Shown piece after piece: positions 27,363 through 31,468 of a stretch of DNA of 31,468 bases. The position numbers were made by a program, and so were the translations under genes. The notes below the pieces were generated by a model that was given only the letters and a program-made list of their open reading frames with translations, was not told the origin of the DNA and did not search any database. Numbering within the stretch: the stretch's first letter is position 1; each line of letters opens with the position of its first letter. The stretch lies in the NCBI GenBank assembly GCA_040754495.1, contig JBFMCO010000050.1:1-31468 (forward strand). Reading direction: 5' to 3'. This DNA comes from Candidatus Micrarchaeota archaeon (lineage in GTDB: Archaea > Micrarchaeota > Micrarchaeia > Anstonellales > Bilamarchaeaceae).

Positions 27363-28403
27363 TCATCTCCTGCGCAGGAGCGAGCGCGCGAACAGCGCCA
27401 GGAGCAGTATGAAGCCCCCGTAGTCGAACACCGGTATGAGGAAGCAGCAGTAGATGATTGCCCCTCCTGCGCCAAGAAGCGCCATTATCGCCGCCCCGGA
27501 ATTGTGCACTGCATGGAAGAAGGCGGCGATTGGCCAGCCGGCAAAGAGGCCGAACGCCGGGGCGCCGTAGCGCGCCTCCCTGAGCCACCCTATGAAGGCG
27601 CCGGTTATGGCCGTGTAGAAGCCGTGGTTGGCCGAGAAGAATATCGAACGGAGAAGGAAGAGGACGAACCAGCCTGCGGTGTCCGAGCCCAGCGGATTGC
27701 CGAGGAAGTAGAGCCAGTTCTCTATGAATGAGAAGCCCATGCCGATTACGAAGCCGAAGACCATGCCGTCCTCGACCGAATCGTATTCGTGGTGCTCGGA
27801 GAGCAGGCAGAGGCCGGAGCCCTTGAACAGCTCTTCCACGACTGGCGCGACCAGGAACAGGCCGACGACGCCCAGGCCGAAGGCGCCGAGGAAGGCATCC
27901 GAGATGGTGTTGAGGCCGATGGCCATGAGCGCGGCGAGCATGCCCCAGAGGAACAGGGTGACCAGGAGGCGCAGCGGCTCTCGCTCGCGGTAATCCGCGT
28001 ACCACCAGGCGGCGCACCACAGGAACGGGATGATGAGGGCGGCAAGGCCGGAGAACACGAATGCGATTGATGCCGTGGGGGATTTCCACGGCTCGGCCGA
28101 AAGCGCCATGTAGAGCAGGATTATCGCTATCCCCATTGCCTCGAACGCCCAGAAATACGGGGAGAGGAGCAGGGCGTGGAAGGCCTGGAGGAGCGACTTC
28201 GCCCCGTGGAGCGGGTTGAGGAGCGCCGAAAGCGAGTATTCGCCGTCTACTTCCTCGCGGTGCTTCAGGGAGGACGCGATCCTGAGGCCGATGACCGCCA
28301 CCGGAAACATCACGAAGAGGTAGGCAAGCAGCAGCGAGCCGCCCATCAGCAGCGAGAAATCCAGGAACGAGCCCTCGTACGACCGCCAGTCGGCATCAAT
28401 CAC
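27363..28403 (-). CDS. PrsW-family intramembrane metalloprotease (probably the 3' part of a longer frameshifted gene)
   Basis: APVVEELFK, GMGFSFIEN, HGFYT, HAVHN; frame stays open upstream of the GTG. Confidence 0.85.
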   Translation of the reverse strand: MIDADWRSYEGSFLDFSLLMGGSLLLAYLFVMFPVAVIGLRIASSLKHREEVDGEYSLSALLNPLHGAKSLLQAFHALLLSPYFWAFEAMGIAIILLYMALSAEPWKSPTASIAFVFSGLAALIIPFLWCAAWWYADYREREPLRLLVTLFLWGMLAALMAIGLNTISDAFLGAFGLGVVGLFLVAPVVEELFKGSGLCLLSEHHEYDSVEDGMVFGFVIGMGFSFIENWLYFLGNPLGSDTAGWFVLFLLRSIFFSANHGFYTAITGAFIGWLREARYGAPAFGLFAGWPIAAFFHAVHNSGAAIMALLGAGGAIIYCCFLIPVFDYGGFILLLALFARSLLRRR

Positions 28404-28855
28404 AAGCGGGCCCGAGGAGTATTCTTCGCCTGCCCTGGTGAAGACGCCGTACAGCCGGTATGTGCTTCCCCGCTCGTACTCGTATGGAAGAGCGGTCTCG
28501 CAGCGGAATTCGACAAGCCCGCGTATTCTTCGGTGGAATCGAAATCGCCGAGGCAGTCCGTATAGTAGAGTTCCTTGCCCCCCGAGTATATGCGCAGGAC
28601 CACCAGGTCGTTCTCCTGCAGGGACGGGGTATGCACGGTCACGTTGAGACGGTAGGGCGAGTCAGAAGGGCGTATTGTTTCGAGGCGGGGCTCCAGGGAA
28701 AAATCATCCCGGAAGGCCATGTGGCCGAATGTCTCGTACTCCACGTCCCCGCCGAGGAGGTCCGGCAGGAAGAGGGTGAGGATGCTCACAGTTACGCCTA
28801 CGAAGGCTGCCGACATCAGCATGGCCAGGAGGAGGCGGTTGAGCGTCTTGAGCAT
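28400..28855 (-). CDS. N-terminal TM plus extracellular domain, likely the 5' part of the PrsW gene
   Basis: N-terminal TM helix; the protein-like sequence switches to the PrsW frame near 28515-28520. Confidence 0.55.
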   Translation of the reverse strand: MLKTLNRLLLAMLMSAAFVGVTVSILTLFLPDLLGGDVEYETFGHMAFRDDFSLEPRLETIRPSDSPYRLNVTVHTPSLQENDLVVLRIYSGGKELYYTDCLGDFDSTEEYAGLSNSAARPLFHTSTSGEAHTGCTASSPGQAKNTPRARL

Positions 28856-30451
28856 TCACGGCCTCTTGTAGAGCTCCGAGAGCTTCCTTATCTCACGGAG
28901 CTTCCCGTGCGCGGACTCCAGGCGCGACATGCATTTCACGAACGTGGCCGGGGCGTAGGCCTTCTTCGAGTAGAGGCGCTTGAGGTGCTCCGAGTAGGCC
29001 GAGTTTATCTGCTCGCGCAGGAGGACGTCGTTTTCCCGCATCGCAGCCACGTCCGCGTCTATTATCGAGGGGAAGTTGGCCGAGAGGTGGCCCAGATCAT
29101 CCATGATGCGGAAGTGGACCGCGTCCACGTCGCTGCAGGCGTCGGAAGACATCAGCCTCCCCGAGGTTCTCATGGAGTTGGCTGCGTAGGCCATCGCGAC
29201 GCCGAGGTCCGCTATCTGCTCGAGGGCGTTCGACATGCGCAGGAGGAGGACGTTGCGCGAGACCTCCTTAGGCGAGAGCGCCCGGCCTGAGAGCTCGAGC
29301 AGCGCCTTCTCTATCCTCTCGTCGAGGTAATCGTTCAGGGCTTCGCGTTTGAGAAGGCGGCGGAAAGCCTGGCCGTCCTCTCCGTGCATGACGTCCCTCG
29401 AGCGCTCCATCACCTTTATCGTGTTGGAGAGGAGATGGCGGAGCTCTGCCTCGACCGCTGCGAACGCCTTCGGGTTGTCTTCGGGGAGCCTGTCGTTCAG
29501 GCTCACGGTCTGGAAAAGTATCTCCTCCTCCCTGCCCGGGACGAGCTTCTCGACGAATTTGCTGAACGGCTGGAGGACAATGAGGAATGCCCCCGTGGCT
29601 ATTATGTTCGAAATCGTGTGGGCGTTCGCCGCCTGCTGGGCCGCGCTGCCGCCGAGGGACATGATGAAGGAGACGAACTGCGGAAGGAACGGGAGGATGA
29701 GCAGCACCCCGGCCACGTTATAGAGGAACTGGGCGACGGCGGTCCGCTTCGCGAAAAGCCCGAGCCTGAAGGAGGATATCAGCGGGGTTATGGTGCCGAT
29801 GTTCGAGCCGAGGACCAGCACGATGGCTTCCTGCACGCCGATTATGCCGTTGCCGGCAAGGACGACCACGAGGCCGGTGAAGACGCCGCTGGACTGGAAG
29901 AGGTTGGTGACTATGAATCCTACGAGAAGGGCGGTTGGCACGTCGGAAAGGGTTGAGATGTACGATACCAGGGCCGGGTCGTCGCGAAGCGGGGCCGTGG
30001 CCCCGGCTACCAGCCCCATGCTGTGGTACACGAAACCGAAGAAGAACAGGGGCCTCCCGAGGAAGGCGAACCTCCCCCCGAAGAGGCTGAGCAGGAAGCC
30101 GAGCGGTATGAAAACGATACCCAAGGAGGTGAAATTCAGGGCGACAAGCTGGGCGGTTATCGTGGTGCCAATCCCGGCGCCGAATATTATGGCGAGGCTG
30201 TGGGCGAATGATATGACGCCGGAATCCACGAGGCCGAGGGTTATCACTGCAACAGCCGTGCTGGACTGCACGAGCGCGGTCACGACAGCGCCAAGGAGCG
30301 CCCCGCGCGCCGGGTTTTTCGTCGCGCTCCTGATGAACGAGCGGAACCTCTCGCCCGCGACGCGCTGGATTTCCATGCTGAACTGCTCCATGCCGTAGAG
30401 GAACAGTATCAGGCCGGAGGCGATTGCGAGTATGAGCCCGAACTCAAGCAT
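28856..30451 (-). CDS. Na/Pi cotransporter family protein with PhoU-like C-terminal domains
   Basis: LFLYGM, QSSTA and QSSG repeats, GAGIGTT/GSNIGT, helical C-terminus; start at MLEFG. Confidence 0.92.
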   Translation of the reverse strand: MLEFGLILAIASGLILFLYGMEQFSMEIQRVAGERFRSFIRSATKNPARGALLGAVVTALVQSSTAVAVITLGLVDSGVISFAHSLAIIFGAGIGTTITAQLVALNFTSLGIVFIPLGFLLSLFGGRFAFLGRPLFFFGFVYHSMGLVAGATAPLRDDPALVSYISTLSDVPTALLVGFIVTNLFQSSGVFTGLVVVLAGNGIIGVQEAIVLVLGSNIGTITPLISSFRLGLFAKRTAVAQFLYNVAGVLLILPFLPQFVSFIMSLGGSAAQQAANAHTISNIIATGAFLIVLQPFSKFVEKLVPGREEEILFQTVSLNDRLPEDNPKAFAAVEAELRHLLSNTIKVMERSRDVMHGEDGQAFRRLLKREALNDYLDERIEKALLELSGRALSPKEVSRNVLLLRMSNALEQIADLGVAMAYAANSMRTSGRLMSSDACSDVDAVHFRIMDDLGHLSANFPSIIDADVAAMRENDVLLREQINSAYSEHLKRLYSKKAYAPATFVKCMSRLESAHGKLREIRKLSELYKRP

Positions 30452-30502
30452 GGGAAAATATTCCACCGTCGCGATTAAATATCTCTGCTGGGGATATTTT
30501 GC

Positions 30503-30575
30503 AATGATGACAACGGTGATTGCCTGGCTGCGGCCAGGTCTCACCGTCATCAAAATGATGACAACGGTGATCGCC
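30503..30575 (+). repeat. 22-nt direct repeat with an internal inverted copy
   Basis: AATGATGACAACGGTGATYGCC at 30503 and 30554; TCACCGTCATCA at 30541-30552. Confidence 0.85.
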
Positions 30576-30734
30576 GAGCGAAGCCCTAAGCCACCCGATT
30601 GTTCGGAGTGCCGAACAATGGGCCCCATGAACGGTTCGCCGTTCATGTGGGGTTCCGGATACGTGTCAACGGCCCGGAAACAGGGAGCAATCCCGGCCAC
30701 GGCGTAAGCGATGAAGATTGACGTGCGGTCTGAT

Positions 30735-30773
30735 GCGCCTTTTAGGAAAAGGCGCCCAAAAACGGGTTGTTGC
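30735..30773 (+). repeat. second copy of the tRNA-intron 5' module
   Basis: GCGCC-TTTTAGGAAAA-GGCGC-CCAAAAACGGGTTGTTGC versus intron CCCGC-TTTTAGGAAAA-GCGGG-ACCAAAACCGGCTGTTGC. Confidence 0.75.
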
Positions 30774-30904
30774 GCTCGCCTTCGGCTCGCGTCGTAGGGC
30801 ACGGCTAGTAAGTCGCGAGAAGGAGAAACTGCTGAAAATGTTCCTGGATGCTCCGAGGTTCAGGCAGCCATCAGAAGGAGAGCATCAGCGATAATGACAA
30901 AGAC

Positions 30905-31405
30905 TCAGAAACCACGCAGACCAAGCTCATGAAACATGCTCTCATGCTTGATGCAAGTCACGTTATATCTCCTGCAAACATCAGGTATCTTTGGCCTATC
31001 CCTTGTGCCGATTGACTCATCTGTGACTAGAACGACTTCACGGGGATTCTTCTTCTTTTTCTTTTCGACTTCTTTTCTCTGAAGTGCTAGAGCAATGACA
31101 AACGGGTCTGCGCAAGTGGATTCTTTTTCGTGGTCAACAAGCCTTTCAAATTCAGCCATGATTTCCTTTACTTTCTTGAGTTGGTCGTCATCCTGAGATT
31201 TGAACATCTTCTTGTTCTTCTTGTTCCCGAACCATTTGTGCAAACCGTCGTCAACTTTTTCAAGTTCATCCAAAACAAGTGAATGAGAAATAATGTGCTC
31301 ATTCTCTATTTGAGCTTCTATGCCTTTCCACAAAGAAGGGACTGAAAACAGCGGACGAATTTTCCCCAAAAGCAGCGGAATCGTCCCAGCTCTAATACTC
31401 GCCAA
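30905..31405 (-). CDS. DUF4411-like PIN-domain protein, possibly N-terminally truncated
   Basis: PSLW..IE..I....IISHSLVLDEL, ADPFVIALA, LVTDE, KIPDVC; AT-rich; TTG start is uncertain. Confidence 0.7.
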   Translation of the reverse strand: MASIRAGTIPLLLGKIRPLFSVPSLWKGIEAQIENEHIISHSLVLDELEKVDDGLHKWFGNKKNKKMFKSQDDDQLKKVKEIMAEFERLVDHEKESTCADPFVIALALQRKEVEKKKKKNPREVVLVTDESIGTRDRPKIPDVCRRYNVTCIKHESMFHELGLRGF

Positions 31406-31468
31406 AAAAATAAAAACATACGCTCGTTCGCCTCGCTCGCTACTCGGTCTTGGCTTCTGAGGTGTCAG

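Larger units (their letters stand above)
30501..30806 (+). ncRNA. unassigned structured RNA candidate
   Basis: several perfect hairpins (two with UNCG loops on +), long-range closing helix, TATA-like ATTAAATA at 30474-30481. Confidence 0.45.

Noticed and set aside
30503-30575. CRISPR mini-array
   Set aside because: Only two units, the spacer contains an inverted copy of the repeat, and there are no cas genes in the window
30655-30696. Definitive SRP RNA call
   Set aside because: The conserved CAGG and GGAA elements are expanded (CAACGG, GGAAACA) and no clear Alu domain is seen; kept only as a hypothesis
30432-30707. 91-aa ORF containing MMTTVIA twice
   Set aside because: No recognisable domain, overlaps the divergent gene start, and the region is better explained by RNA structure; not fully excluded
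30698-30760. 5' half of tRNA-Ile(GAT) or a hammerhead core at CTGAT
   Set aside because: No D-arm or acceptor strand and no A37; CUGAUGC is not CUGANGA and no GAAA follows the stem
30452-30802. 117-aa N-terminal extension of the Na/Pi ORF in the track
   Set aside because: Not homologous to the family; runs antisense through the hairpin region, and a TATA-like element precedes the ATG at 30451

Overview
GC-rich (about 60% by eye) archaeal chromosome segment. The archaeal-type Mat, aIF5B, PCNA, FtsZ2-like protein, PurP-family enzyme and BHB-type tRNA intron support this. A DPANN/Micrarchaeota-like origin is an inference. Most of the window is housekeeping: purP-like, serA-like, NAD kinase, ftsZ, purQ, corA, pyrG, mat, infB, dCMP deaminase, pcn, rad50-like, PrsW and a Na/Pi cotransporter. 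The most interesting signals are non-coding. (1) A tRNA-Val(GAC) carries a 189-nt, hairpin-packed, MITE-like intron at 37/38. (2) A 39-nt module at the intron's 5' end recurs 17 kb away, with a covarying stem, in (3) an unassigned structured RNA candidate of about 300 nt next to an AT-rich PIN island. (4) A box C/D sRNA has a D' guide that fits the 23S P-loop G2251. (5) The last six ftsZ codons plus stop are duplicated 55 nt downstream with only synonymous changes, and an inverted copy lies between the two. All calls are by eye; no searches or folding programs were run.
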